A program made the position numbers and the translations under genes. This document shows positions 45,795 to 58,820 of a DNA stretch of 64,000 bases, piece by piece. The notes beneath the pieces are model-generated. The model searched no databases. It was not told where the DNA came from and saw nothing but the letters and a program-made list of their open reading frames with translations. Position 1 is the first letter of the stretch, and every line of letters starts with the position of its first letter. This DNA is from Diplonema japonicum (taxonomy: Eukaryota; Protista; Euglenozoa: Diplonemea): the NCBI GenBank assembly GCA_964019335.1, contig OZ025653.1:620001-684000 (forward strand), read 5' to 3'.

Positions 45795-47027
45795 CTCAAA
45801 TCCCATACCAACAACAAAGATGTGCTTCCACGTGCGCATCCCGAACATCTTCAGAAGACGAGCGGACGTGAACCCGGCATAGGAACCGAGAAGCACGAAC
45901 AAGAAGATCAATGCGGAGAGAAGCGCCCCCCTGTTGGCAGGGGAAAGGAACCCGAAAAGAGCGAACACAAGCGTGCTGACAGACATCCCGAGAAGCTGCG
46001 CACCGGTACCCACGTAAACACACAGCCACATGGCGTAAGGAGGCTTTCGGAAGACCTCCGTGTGCACGAGCTTCCACCCTGTTTCCTCCTGCTGCTCCTC
46101 ACTGTTATCGGCATCGTTGTAACGGTTGAAATCCTTGTGCAGCGCACGGAGAAGGATAATGGCCACAATGACCGAAAGGAAAACAACAACCAAAAGCGAG
46201 TTGATAATGGCAAACCAATGGATGCGGGACTCCGTCGCAGTGGATCGGAGGTACACGTCCCATCTAGTGGACCAGTCAACGTTGGCGTCCTCAACCCACT
46301 TCACAGAGTATGACCAAGCAACCTTCTTAGCAGATGTCACAAGAGGCTTCCCGTTTTCAGGAGAGAACTTCGCTGCAGAACACTGCAACTCCTCGTGATC
46401 GATGGAGTACGGTGTAACCTGGAAACCAACAATGCGGTACTTTTCAGGACCCGGTTCGCCGTTCTTAAGCAAGACTGAAGGTTGTTTGTTGTATGAAATA
46501 GTAAACGCCAAGTGATTGTTGATGAAAGTCTCCCCCCGCATGGTTGTTGACTTAGGAACCCCCAATGGGAACCCAACCTGAACAGCAGAGTTTGTCGACT
46601 GGCGTTCTGTTGACGGTTCCTCCGCAACAGGGAGGTTGTCGAGGACCATGTTGCCCCTGTATTTCTGTTCGATTCTGTTCTGGAACTGCCTCATCTCCTT
46701 CTCGTTGTACTCCATTTGGCAGATCACCTTGCACGGCTCGTCTATCAGCACGCTCACGGAATACAGCGAAATTTCTATTTTGTCCCCCCACAGCACCTCG
46801 CCCAGGTTCTGGGACCGCGCGGTATATTTGTTCCTGTCTTCTTTCGACGGCGCGCAGAAGGGCAGCGAATACCACTCGTACGGCATGATATTTTGGATCG
46901 ACGTCAGCGAGTTCACCTTGATGCCGAGATCCGCATTTTTGTCATAGCTCATGGGCATCACCCCGGGGATATAGAACGCATCACACGCCAAACCCAGTGC
47001 CAGAAGGGTTGCTAGCACCGTTTTCAT
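44783..47027 (-). CDS. TM9SF: Nonaspanin TM9SF/EMP70 protein, 7 short introns in the 3' part
   Basis: AFYIPGV, NLGEVL.GD, DNLP, IHWF.I.NS, GWKLVH.EVFR, DYNWWWRSFL and terminal YSSIKIE*. Confidence 0.96.
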
Positions 47028-47045
47028 TTTTTTTTTTTTTTTGGA

Positions 47046-47081
<36 letters not shown>

Positions 47082-47111
47082 CCGGGAAGAATATGAAAAA
47101 AAAACTTTTTT

Positions 47112-47969
47112 TCAAAAAAAAAAGCTAGCAACATGTTCCAAAACCACGTTGCCCTCGCCCTTTCCGTCCCCTTTCCCCACAATCACGTCGTGGCCGTGGC
47201 CTGTTCTGTTCGGGACGTAAACCCCGAACTTCTCCACCGGAAGACTATTCACCGCCATGTACATGTTGCGCAACGGTTGCACCCTCTCAGGACCGAGATC
47301 TGCGAGAAAAGGCACCGCATCCGGTTTAGAAGTTACTGGCACGAGGGACAATACAGGCAGTGAGGGAGTCTGAGGCACAGGGCAGTGCACAAGGGAGGAA
47401 AGTGCCGGGACGAACATGTCATTGCCGATGCACCCGTAGAATGCGATCCTGTTGAACGCAGCGAGGGACGCGATGCAATGGGGCTGCGTCGTTAGGTTGT
47501 ACAGTTCAGTGTTTTGCAGCGTCAGGTCTTGGCCTGTGTCGCCCATGATGTTCCTGCCCAGAGCTTCAAGGAAAACACCGTGGTCAGATATCCCAAGGTG
47601 GGGGGTTCCAAGGGTGATGAGGTTTTCTAGTGTGATTTTTTTTTCCGTGAAAAAATTGTGTAGCCCTGCGACACAGGCGCGGACTACCAGGCCTCCCATG
47701 CTGTATCCGATGAACGAGACTTTCTCGCCGCCTTTCAGCCTGTCCACCATCCATTCCGCTAATCTCTTCCCACACTGCCGTACGCCGTCCTTTGTCTTGT
47801 TCCCCACCAACGCATACCCCCCCTCGACCCCCGACCCCCCAGCGCTGTTTACATCTGGCACCCACACCTCTAACCCCACACACCGTGCCTCCAACACATC
47901 TCTCACCTTCGACATCTCCCCAGGCGTGCCGTTTGCTCCATGGTGTAAGACAACGACCCTTCTGCCCAT
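47112..47969 (-). CDS. DUF676-like alpha/beta serine hydrolase
   Basis: HG..G, SFIGYSMGGLVVR nucleophile elbow, TLGTPHLG, NDMFVP, H near the C-terminus. Confidence 0.88.
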   Translation of the reverse strand: MGRRVVVLHHGANGTPGEMSKVRDVLEARCVGLEVWVPDVNSAGGSGVEGGYALVGNKTKDGVRQCGKRLAEWMVDRLKGGEKVSFIGYSMGGLVVRACVAGLHNFFTEKKITLENLITLGTPHLGISDHGVFLEALGRNIMGDTGQDLTLQNTELYNLTTQPHCIASLAAFNRIAFYGCIGNDMFVPALSSLVHCPVPQTPSLPVLSLVPVTSKPDAVPFLADLGPERVQPLRNMYMAVNSLPVEKFGVYVPNRTGHGHDVIVGKGDGKGEGNVVLEHVASFFF

Positions 47970-48136
47970 CTGGATCAATTATAGGGGTAGAACAAAATTT
48001 TACACAAGAAAATTAAAAAATAGGTTACAGAAAGGGGGTGGAGATACATATGTAACATCTAAAAGAGTGGAGGAGTGGGGGGGGGGGGGGGGGGGGGTCT
48101 TAATCATTTGGTATACTTTTTTCATTTTTTTCTTTT

Positions 48137-49864
48137 TCAATACCGCCGCAGCGGTGAGGAGTTCGCAGGTGGGTTGAGACCCGCTGAGTTCATGGCGTGC
48201 TGCTGCAGCGTGATGTGCTCCTGCTGGCGGAGGATCTCGTCCATGCCTATCTGCTTGATGACTTCGCTCTGGACGGCGTATTGGCGGCGGAGGTCCTTCT
48301 CGCGTGCGAGGTCGCCCTGTGGGTGGGTGGTGTCGATTTATTATTGTGCGCTGCATACCTCTAGTTGCACAACGCGCTCCGTCAGTATGCGTGCCTCGTC
48401 CCCGGGGTGCAGCATCCTAGTGTCTGCCACCACTGAGTCCCGTGTCTCATGCAGAGCTACCTTCTGTGCAAGGACGTCGTTCTCCTCTTCCAACTTCCGT
48501 ATCCTCTCCATGTAATGTTCATCAAGCCTTGTTTCATCAAGCCGTGGGCTCTGCATCTGTGTCTCTCTCTGTGGCGTCTTTACCTCTTGTGAGTCTTCAC
48601 CACCCACGCCCTTCGCCTTGTAGAAGGCAACCCTGTCCTTCAAGACCAGCGTCTCAAGGTTCATCAAAGATAGTTCTGCAGAGAGCTTCCTATTTACCAA
48701 TCTGGAAAGAAACTCTGAGTCCAGCCGTCCTGAGTTCGACAGCACGGTCAGCACGTTGTCCCTGTCCGTCACGAGGGATCCGACTGCGTCTTTCAAACGC
48801 TCAACTTTGCTGGACTCACTGAGCCATCCGTGGCGCAACTCTTGCACTTCCCGTTGCAAGGCAGATATGGTGGAGGACATGTTTTCACGTTCCTCGTCGA
48901 CAGCCAGCGCCAGATTGTTGAGGACGGGGTCGTTGAGCCCGCGCACCATGTTCGTCAGGCGGTGGAAGACCTCTGCTTGGTAAGGATGGTGCAAGGCGGG
49001 CTTGGGGTACTCTGCTTGTAGGTAGTTCACATCTTCTAGCAACACGTCTGCTGTCCTTGCGATGGGGTCCGCTACTCGCTGCCGCCGTCTGAACAGCCGC
49101 AGCTCGGTGGCCAGTGTCGCAGCGTCGATCCCTAGCTTGGACGTGGTGCGCGTTTCGACTGTTGTTTGTGTCTCTGCTGTATAAGTTTTGACGGCAGCTT
49201 GGACGCCCTGCTCCTCCGTCTTTGGAGCAGCTGTAACGCCCTCGTCCGTCATGCGCGGGGCGTGCTGTATCCCAACGTCGGCACCATTCGCGTCCCGCCG
49301 TTCTTCTGAGAACTCTTTGTGCTTGTTGACATCAACATAGGCACTTGTGGTGTCTGCGTCCAGCATGGGGGCCGGTGAAGGCCGCCGTGAACCGACAGAA
49401 GAAGGAACAGAGGAGAAGTAGGTATGCGTAGACGGTGGTGCGTGCTGCTGTTGATAGTATTTTGCAAGATCGGGATCTGAGGTGTGGAGCATGAGCAGGC
49501 GAACTGTTGAAATAATGCTGTGATTGGCGAGGAGGGGTTGGTCAGAGAATGGCATTTTCGACGCTGCCAGTCCCTCGATCACCAGGGCATAGTCGGCGGC
49601 TGTTTTCGAACTGTACTGGGGGTACCGCCCGGATAGGGCTTTCAGCATTTTATCGATGGCCTTCCCTACGGTGTGTTGGTTGGTCACTTTTAACGTTACG
49701 TCTTTTAGAACAGTATCCTCTCCTGTGGTGTGTTTGTACCCCACCTTCACAGCAGTCACGGTGCTCGACCCTTCGCTGCCTATCGTCGGCGCGATGGATG
49801 CACTGTACCCACTTCCCCTGCGTGAAGAGATTTCTGCATAACCTCCACTGCTTGATGTAGGCAT
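48137..49864 (-). CDS. Hypothetical coiled-coil protein, 1 intron
   Basis: 507-aa ORF plus a 3' exon (GDLAREKDL...) after a GTATG...CAG intron near 48317-48358. Confidence 0.75.
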
Positions 49865-50334
49865 ATTCTCCCTCGCCTGCTCTGATGTGAGTTAGCCAGT
49901 ATATACAGTGGGGTGGGGATCATGGAGAAACATAAGAAAAGAGTACAAAGGACAAACTAATAAAATAAACATAAATATTTCTTTTTTTTTTTTTCTTCTT
50001 CCGTTTCCCTTTATTTTTTTCTTGTTGGCTCTTCCCCTTCCTTCCTCCGTTTTTTTTTTTTTTTTTTTTGTTTCCCTTTTTTTTTTTTTTTTTTTTTTCC
50101 ATTGTATTTCCATCTAACAAGTGCAGAGATTGGAGGGATAGGAGTTGAGGGGAAGGGGGAGGGAAGAATTTAAACAAAACAAAAAAGAACAAAACACCCC
50201 CTTGTTAGATTTCTTATTGTGTTGTTTTCAGAACAAGAAAAATGGTGAAGTGTGGGGGGGGGGGGGGGGAGAATAAATACACAGGCGACATATATCTCTC
50301 TTTAAGTATGGGCAACATCTGTTTTCCTTGGTTC

Positions 50335-50365
<31 letters not shown>

Positions 50366-50598
50366 TACATCAGTAAAATCTACCCAAGAGATATGAAACG
50401 TTGAGTGTTGACGAGGAACCACAAAGCAAGGTTCTTTTTATTTCCCTTTCTTCTTCTTTATTTCGAGGGGGGGGAAGACTGCAGATGTGGGCGTTTTGTT
50501 GGAGGCTCTTCCCCTTGGAACCTTGGACTTTGCAGAAGTTTAAGAAAACCAGCAAAGGCAGAAGGGGAAGAGAAAGAGAGCAAAAAAAAAAAAAGAAT

Positions 50599-50631
50599 TC
50601 ACTGTGATAGGAACGAAGTGGTTAGCAACGG
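50599..50631 (-). repeat. 33-bp dispersed element (other copy 1229-1261, in the last TMEM39 intron)
   Basis: TCACTRTGATAGGAACGAAGTGGTTAGCAACGG; the two copies differ at one position. Confidence 0.8.
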
Positions 50632-51420
50632 ACCACCAAAAAAGAGGGGGGGGGGAAGAAAAAAAAACGATGTTCAAAGGGCAAATCCTACTCGAGGACT
50701 TTTCTGGAGCCTCGCATTTGTTACTGTTGCGGGCATCGGCGTCTTACCGCAGACGTCCTTTGGTAAGGCGTCCTTGCAAAGCCTTTCGCAGCCTTCCCGT
50801 GTAGCTCCTGCATAACCGCAAAAACCCTTTTAAAAAATAAAATCGGCGCTATTTTAAAAATAAAACAAAAAAGAAGAAGAGAAAAGGAAGAAATAGCAGG
50901 GAACAAGGACACCTTCCCTCTCCCCTACCCATTTCCTCCCCTCCCTCCCCCTCTTTTTTTTTTTTTTATCTTTTCTTAAAATTCACCTTCTTCTTCTTCT
51001 TCTTCTTACGAAGATATTCTTTTTTTTTTTTTTTTACCCTCTTTTTTTTTTTTTTTCTCACAGTGTTTTGTTGCGGATTTTGTTTCATGATTCCTCAGGT
51101 AGGATGGTTTCCCTCTATGAAAAGCTTTTGAAAAAAGAAAAATGTTTTTTTTTTTTTTTTTTTCCCACGCTGCACATCTAAAAATTCCGTCAAGCAAAAA
51201 CTCGGGTTAGTGCCCTTTTCGCCAGGCAATCTTTTTTTTTTTTTCTGAGCCATGCTTTGAGACGGTGTTTCAGAGACAATATACAGCGTAATATAAAACA
51301 AGAAGAGCAAACTTCCGTAGGACAATATGAGGGGACAAAAAAAAAATATGTTCTTGTTTCCCTTCCTTTTTTTTCCCACTCCCCCCCCCCCCATAAAACT
51401 TTTAAAAATAATTTTTTTTT

Positions 51421-54400
51421 TTAAGTACTGAATGCTTTTGAGTTCCTCATACCCGACCAGAACACATCACTAGCCCCACCATTTCCCATAAGACGGGACT
51501 TCGAGGAGAGGGATGCGTGGCGGGAAAAGGAATGGAGGGAAGAGGTATCGTCAGGGATGTGAGAGGGCAACTGCGACATCGGGGGTAAATCATACCCACA
51601 GGACAAGCAAGTTGAAGAGTAGGTAGGCGATGCGATCCCACAACGGAAGCACCTCACAAAGGCAACATGAGGAGGGCCTGGCATGGAGTGCATCGACGCA
51701 TCACGATCTTGCATCTCTGCAAAATCCAAGCCAGGAAGCATGTCTTCAGTGCTCCACTCTTTGTTCCCTGCGTACTGCCCGCGTCCCCTCGACAGCGCCA
51801 CGCTGAGTATTATCACCAAACACCCCCCTAAGATGATCAACACGATCCACAACCCTTTGTACTGCTCCCACAGTGTCTCGTCGTCGCTGACGCCCTTTGA
51901 ACAGGAGCCGTATAGTAGCCCTGTTTGCAGTGTGACAAATGAGCCTTTGCAGCCTCCTAGGAAGTATACGCCAGGAGAGTCTGACTGCTCCATGACAACA
52001 CCTGTTGGATTGGAGGTTGTGTTTTTGAAGTAGGGTGTGAGGGTGTGAGCATACAGCAGTCCGTCCTGGCGTTGCAGTACTCGAACGCCTCAGATGCAGG
52101 CTTCTTGCACGGTTTCACAGCAATGTTGTTCGACTCGCAAGCGTAGTCCTTCACCGTGTCGTAGTACTTGTCTTTCTTCAGCTGGGGGTTTTTTTTTTGT
52201 TTGTTTGTTTGTTTTTTTTTTTGTTTGACATACCGAAAACCCGACCGGGCATTGGCCCTTCCGTGGGGAGTACACAGGGGATTTTTGGCAAGTGTGGTAG
52301 CCCTGTGCACTGGTGGCGACGAACGGGCACTTTCCCAACCTGTAGTACCCGGAAGGCACATCGGGTCCCGTGGTCAACGAGCAGCAATTGTAAGCAGGGT
52401 CGCTGCACCTCTGCTCTGCAACAGCGTACGGGAACTGGCAGTAGAACGCAGACTCAGACCCGTCGCACGTCCACCCCAAGTCGGCAGGACGCCCTGCCAC
52501 GTATGAGAACAACGCGCCGCATTTTTGTTGGGCCGCTGGTGCAACTTTTTTTTTTTTTGGTCCATTATATATTGGTCAGTAACATACTTGGTTTCGTGCA
52601 CCCTGCATACTTCTGCTTCAGCGTGTATGTTTTCCCCGAACACCCTCCCAGCTCCAGCAAATTGGAGCCCTCACCCTGCTGCACGACACCTGTGAAATAT
52701 GTTATTTTATATTTTAGCGCTTTGTCGTGCAGGGCATACAACAGTCGCTTTTCTTGCTGCACGTGACAAAGGCTTCCGCGGGTGGCAACCTGCACGACCC
52801 GGGTGCCCCGCCACATGAGTAGGACTGCACTGCGTCATTGTAGACGCCCACCAGCTGTGGTCATGTTGTAGGTGCTATTGTACATACGCTATACCCCGTA
52901 GGGCACTGATCCTTTATCGGTTCATAAGTAGCAGGAGCCTGGGTCAGCGAAGGGGAATCCGTAGAGGGGGCATTAGTATCAGGTGCTTTCGTTATTGGTG
53001 CTGTCGTTGCAGGAGGCTCTGTTGCAGGGGGCTGCGTTGGGGTTGCTGTGGGGATGGCCGTCGGGCAAAGCTGCAAGCACTTGTTGCGGGAACAGACGGT
53101 GGCAATAATTCGCGAAGCGCACACAGGGGCGCAGTCCGGGTCGTTGTGGCCGTCTAGTTTGGAGGCGTTGCAATGCCAGTAGCTGTCCAGTAAGATGATG
53201 CACTTGTCGACAGTTTGGTCTGAGATCGTGCAGGCTGTCGGGGTAAGTGTAGGAGGAGCAACTGTGGGTGCTGTGGTGTTTGGGGCAGTCGTCGGTATGG
53301 CTGTTGGAGGCGCGACTGTCGGGCTTTGTGTGGTATTCGGCGCGAGGGTAGCAGGCGGGTCAGTGGGCGGTGCGTCCGTAGGAGTACTTGTTGGCTGGTC
53401 TGTGGGAGGAGCGTCTGTGGGAGGAGCGTCAGTGTCAGGGATACTGGTGGGGGCGTGTGTTGTGCCCGGGGTCAAGGTAGGCACAAGAGTCGGGGTTTCT
53501 GTTGGTGGAGCTTGCGTCGGGATAGCAGTGGGTACATCTGTTGGGGCGGTGGTATTGGGGGCGTCAGTGGGAGGAGCGTGGGTGTGGCCCGGTGTCAGCG
53601 TAGGTGGCGCAACTGTGGGTGGCGCAACTGTAGGTTCAGAGGTGTTAGGTGCTGCTGTGGGTTCAGAGGTGTTAGGTGCTTCTGTGGGTTCAGAGGTGTT
53701 AGGTGCTGCTGTGGGTTCAGAGGTGTTTGGTGCTGCTGTGGGGGCAGCCGTGGTGTTCGGGGCAAGCGTGTCTGCTGGGGCGGTGGTATTGGGCGCATCA
53801 GTAGGGGGAGCATAAGTGTCCCCCGGTGTCAGTGTGGGTGGTGCCTGTGTGTCAGGGGCATCTGTTGCAGGTGCTTCTGTTGCAGGAGCGGTCGTTGGCA
53901 CGGCGGTGTCCCCTGGTGTGAGTGTCGCAGGTGCTTCCGTTGGAACACTGGTCATGCCAGGGACAAGCGTGTCAGGTGCACCTGTGGGGGGGCTAACCGT
54001 CGGCTCTGCTGTGACAGGCGCTGCGGTTGGTGTATTTGTCTCCCCCGGAACCAGCGTGGGGGGAGCATCCGTGGGCGGGCTGTAAGTAGCACCAGGTGCC
54101 AGTGTAGGAGTGTCAGTGGGAGGAGCGGCAGTATCAGGGGCGCCTGTGGGAACAGCAGTGTCACCAGGGGTAAGCGTCGGCATTGCGGTGGCCCCTGGCA
54201 TCAATGTAGGAGTCAATGTGGGAGGGGCGTCAGTGAGCGGAACACTGGTGTTAGGTGCGTCTGTAGGGGGGGCATAAGTCGTACCCGGGGTCAAGGTGGG
54301 CGGTGCGTCCGTGGGAGGTATTTGTGTGGGCTCTGCGGTGGACCCTGGCACCAGAGTGAGAGGCGCAGAAGTAGGAGGGGACTGCGTAGGCGTGGTGGCT

Positions 54401-54876
54401 TGCGTTTTTGCATACACGAACCAGTCGCAGTTGATGTCAGTGACTGAAGTAGCCGGGCAGGACGTGAAGGTGTCACACTTGGTACGGCGGACATCAACCT
54501 GCACCGCAGCGCAGGTGGTGTCCTGGTCACATATGTCGAGACAGGCGGTTTGGTTGGTCCCGTCGAAGGATTGCTTCCCAGTCGCACCGAAGGAAGGGTT
54601 GCAGAACTTGCATGCGTATAGTCTTCTGGTAAAGTAGCTGCTCTGGCTGTTTGCCGCGATGGTTGAGCATACATCGAACAGCCTGCATTTCCCCGCGATC
54701 AGCTCAGCCACAGCACAGGTGTCAAATGTATCACATGCATTTTTGCAATGCTGATCCGTCAGCCCGTCAATTTCAAAGATTTGCGACCCTCGGGAACAGT
54801 ACGCGCCCCGTATTTCCCGGTACCATGCGCCTTCAACTAGCTGCAGCAGAACGAGTAGTACGACTACTGCATGCAT
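51421..54876 (-). CDS. Mucin-like type I surface protein (PAN/apple-like domains, PTDAP stalk, Cys repeats, TM, zinc-ribbon tail), 5 introns
   Basis: Signal MHAVVV; C..AC..C.A patterns; Pro/Thr repeats; exons joined by GTATG-CAG introns of about 33-55 nt; TM LWIVLIILGG; CFRC...CLSC. Confidence 0.85.
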
Positions 54877-55757
54877 TCCTTTGGGGGATGCTGTAGGGTG
54901 TACGTGTGTGGGGCAACTTATTTTATACAAAAACGAAAATAAAAAAAAAATAAAAAAGAGAAAATGAAGGAGCTGGCATGTTTGCACCCCCCCCCCCCCC
55001 CAATTCTTCTGTACCGTAATAGGAACATCAAGCATGCCGAACAAAAAGAGAAGGAAAAAAAAAGGGGGGGAACAATAAAAAAAAAGTGGATGGGAGGAGG
55101 AGATTTAGTGGAAAGGACTAACGGTGGGGAAAAGAGTGGGAGGGGGGGGGGGGGGGGGCGGGGATCAAACCCAAGAAAGCTTTGGTTTACACCAAGTTGC
55201 TTCCACTGACCTTCTTTGGTTTTCCCTTTTTTTTTGTTGCTCCTCTCGTTGAACAAGAAGTAACATACTTAGAACTAAGAGGTACCCCCTAATTCTGCCT
55301 TGTTTTCCTTTCTTTTTTTTTTTTCTCTTCTTTTTATTATTCCCCTGATAAAGAAAAAGAGAGAGGGGGGAATAAGGAAACGATTACGCTGTCGGAGTTT
55401 TTTGTATTCCCCCTTTCCCCTCTCCTTTCTGTTTAACCTGCCTCCAGCTTGTCCTACATTGGGTGAGATGAGGTGGGACATAAAAAAAAAAAAAAGAAAA
55501 AAAAAAGAGATAATGCGTGCGGTGTGCAGTACAACCCGGCGCTCGTGCAGTTTGCTGCTTGTTCGTCACCCCGGAGGAGTCAACAGCGAACAACCCATCT
55601 GATGAGCTTCTTTATATTTCCATGTTATCCCCACCATTTAAAGAAAGGAAAGAAGGAGGAAAAGAAAAAAAAAAAAAAAAAAAGAGAAATAAAATAAGAA
55701 ACAGGGTAGGGAGAAGCAAGGTTATTCAGTTTGACAAAAATAAATAGCGAAATCAAG

Positions 55758-55788
<31 letters not shown>

Positions 55789-56726
55789 CGATCTTTAATC
55801 ACGATGCACGGCGAGGTGAAAGGGAAAATTTGAAAAAGAACTACCATGGAAAAATGTTTCCCCTCTTCTTTTCTCGTACTTTCTTCGGTCTCCTCGTTTG
55901 CCCAGGAAAAGAACTAGAAACAAATAATAAAAAAATATTTTTTTTAAAAATACAACACACGTATCACAAAAAAATAGGGGGGGGAAGCAGTCCACTCGGC
56001 AGAGTTTTTTTTCTTTTTTCTTTCTTTTTTCCCCCCCTTCTGCTCTAAACTTCATTGTGTTTCTTTTTTCTTTTCTCTTTTTTTTCTCCTCCCCCCCCCC
56101 CCGTCTTTTTGTACTGGAAAAAAAAAAGGGAGAACAATTAACAGCACAAAATGATAACAAAAAAAAGAAAAAAAAGAAAATTGAGTGGAAGAACGCAAAA
56201 AAAAAAAAAAAAAAAAGAAAAAAAAGGGAAAACCACAAAACACGGAGAAATTGAAGGAGAAGAAAAAGAACCAGGGATCCTATGACGGGGGGGGGAGTGG
56301 TCGGCAACGCCCTGCAGAAGGGAAAAAGAAAAAAAAAAACAAAATAATATGATCAAGAGAAAAAAAAGAGGAAGGGGGTCACGGCACGCTCACGCTTGTA
56401 CAAATTTAGGTTGGTGTGTTCTTTGTTTTGTTTTAAACCCTTTTATCTGCTGCTCCCCACCCACCCGCCCCTATTTTCTCTCCTTTCCTCTTAAAAACTT
56501 TACACACAAAGAAAAAAAGGGGGGGGGGAGAAAGGAAAGCCCATTGTATCCCCTTTTAATGTGCAAAAGGGAAGACCTGGACCACCACAAGTGCAGTATT
56601 TTTCCTTTAAAAAAAAAAACGAAAGAAATCTGGGAGGAAAGAGGAATTAGGGCGATGAGGGTTCTTTTTTTTTTAATTGACTGCACCTCCCTCCCACTTC
56701 CCTCCCCTTTCTTTTCTGATCATCAC

Positions 56727-56765
<39 letters not shown>

Positions 56766-57140
56766 ACATTTAAGGGTACCTGCGGTATGTGGCAGGACGC
56801 CTGAAAAAAGAAAAAAAAATGTAAAAAAAACAAAACAAAACTTTTTTCTTCTTCTTTTTTTTTTTTTTAATTTGATCCCTGGAGGAAGAATTCCCCCCTC
56901 CTTTGCTCCCCGTTTTTAAACATTTCTTTTCGCCCCCATATTACTATTTCCTTCTCCTTTCTCTTTCCCCACCCCATCCCTCTTTTTTTTTCTCTTTTTT
57001 CTTTTGAATTCTAAAACTCGGGAAAGACTTTGAAGTGGTGAAAAAGACAAAAAAAAACACAAAAAAAAATCAGGGATGGGCGAAGAAAAACAACGGAAAG
57101 GAAAAAAAAAGGAAGCAAAAAAAAAAAAAAAATAAACATC

Positions 57141-58820
57141 CTATTTCTTCTGGATAAGTCCAGTAGTCTCGTCTTCTGAACCATGGTCCTCAGACGGGAT
57201 CTCATGTGACTCGGCGAACTTGGGGCGGTTCTGGTACTCGGCAAGGCGGGCACGCTTCTTGCTCTCCGCCTTCTCTTGTTTCTTGAGGAGCTTCTGCTCC
57301 TTTTCGAAGGAGAGACGTGCCATGTTGTCCTTTCTGAAGAAGATCATCAACACGCCAGCGATAATCCAACAGCCGCTCATCACGTAGCCCGCCACATGGA
57401 CCCTGTCCTGCTCCTGCCTCTCTTGGTGGTCGTAACCGCTCTGCGACGACGCAGAAAGATCACCCACCGCAGTGATGTAGGCAGAGAAGATGACAGACAC
57501 AATAAGGCCAACGTACTGCGCGCACATCACAACACCAGCAGAAGCCATGGACGGCGAAGCAGGGTACACCGTCTCACTGCCCAGCTCGATGGCTACGGAG
57601 AAGCACGGCTGCGCGAAGAACCCGAACAACGCTGCAGAGATCAGAATGAAGGGGTTCGCCTGACCGTACTTCTCGACGGTGTTCTCCCTGCACGCAATAA
57701 GCATCATCGCCTGCAGCAGCACACCGCCGATGAGGTAGATGACGATCAAGGCCTCTCTGTGCAGAGGACGCTTCCCAAGGTACCCTGCCACGACACCCGC
57801 CCCGATGATCCCTGGCAGGATAGTCATCACACCAGTCAGCCCGATGGTCGAGTTGTTGTACCCGAACGGCTTCAGCAGTGTGTTGAGCATGATGGCGACG
57901 GCGTTGGTCTGCCCGAAGCCGAGCCCGAACGCAACGCACATAAGCCAGTACTGGCTGTTCTTCAGATGCTTCATCTCCTCCCAGAAGGGCACCGCGTCCT
58001 TGTTCTCCCTGGCCTGGATGGCAGCCTCCGAAGGGTCGTTGGCAGGCCTATCCTTCACAACAAGCATGGTTAAGATGAACATGACAAGACCGAGGATCAT
58101 GCACACGAGGTTGAGACGCACCACTCTGTCGGGGTTGTCGCCGACGATGGCGGGCGACAGTGCGAAGCCGAGGCCGATACCGAAGGGGTTGCCAAGGGCG
58201 GCGATGGCAGTGGCGAGGACTCGCTGGTGGGCAGGGAACCACTGCAGGGAGACGAGACCGAGAAGCTGAGAGACAAGGGGACGGGCAATACCGGAGAGAC
58301 ATTGACCGATGACGAGGAAGAAGAAAGTCGAGTGGCTCTGCCCGAAGTAACGAACCACACCTCCCGCCATGGTGAGCCCGGCGGCCACACGCACCGAGTT
58401 CCCGAAACCGATTTTCTGGATTTTTTTGTTTCCCCCCCTTTTTTTTTTCCTATACCTTTACGACAGGGGCAGCACCCCACACAACAGGACCGTACAGCCC
58501 ACTCATGCAGTAGGACAGAATGTTCACAACATTCTTGCTAACATCGTACTTATCAGCGACCTTGTCGGCAATGGGTGAGTATGTAAGCCAGAACGCCGCG
58601 TTGATCAAGTTCACTGCAAAGACACACGCCAAGACCCCCCAACGGTACGGGGTGACTTGGTAAAAAACACTGGAAGCCTCAGAGATGGGGCCTTCCCTAT
58701 CACCACCATCGTCAGAGCCGCCCTCACGCTGTAGATGGGTTGGAACGGGGAAAAAAAGGGGGGGAATACCTTGCTTCCATTGATGTTCATGCCAACCGGG
58801 TCATCAGAAACGATATTCAT
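57141..58820 (-). CDS. MFS transporter, FLVCR/SLC49-like, 2 introns
   Basis: Y...YRW, GQ.L...A.P, WFP..QR..ATAI...GNP.G, ELGSETVYP motifs. Confidence 0.9.

Noticed and set aside
44880-45810. Introner-type target-site duplications (G|GT...AG|GT) at intron ends
   Set aside because: Explained by ordinary proto-splice-site context; intron bodies share no sequence beyond homopolymers.
53195-54447. Long plus-strand ORFs (Val/Gly-rich, Cys/Arg-rich)
   Set aside because: Antisense shadows of the Pro/Thr mucin repeat.
55595-55625. Hammerhead ribozyme core (CTGATGA)
   Set aside because: No stem II/GAAA partner, and the sister copy has CTGATGT.
57276-58269. Plus-strand ORFs of 265 and 176 aa
   Set aside because: Antisense to the GC3-rich MFS gene, with no recognisable motifs.
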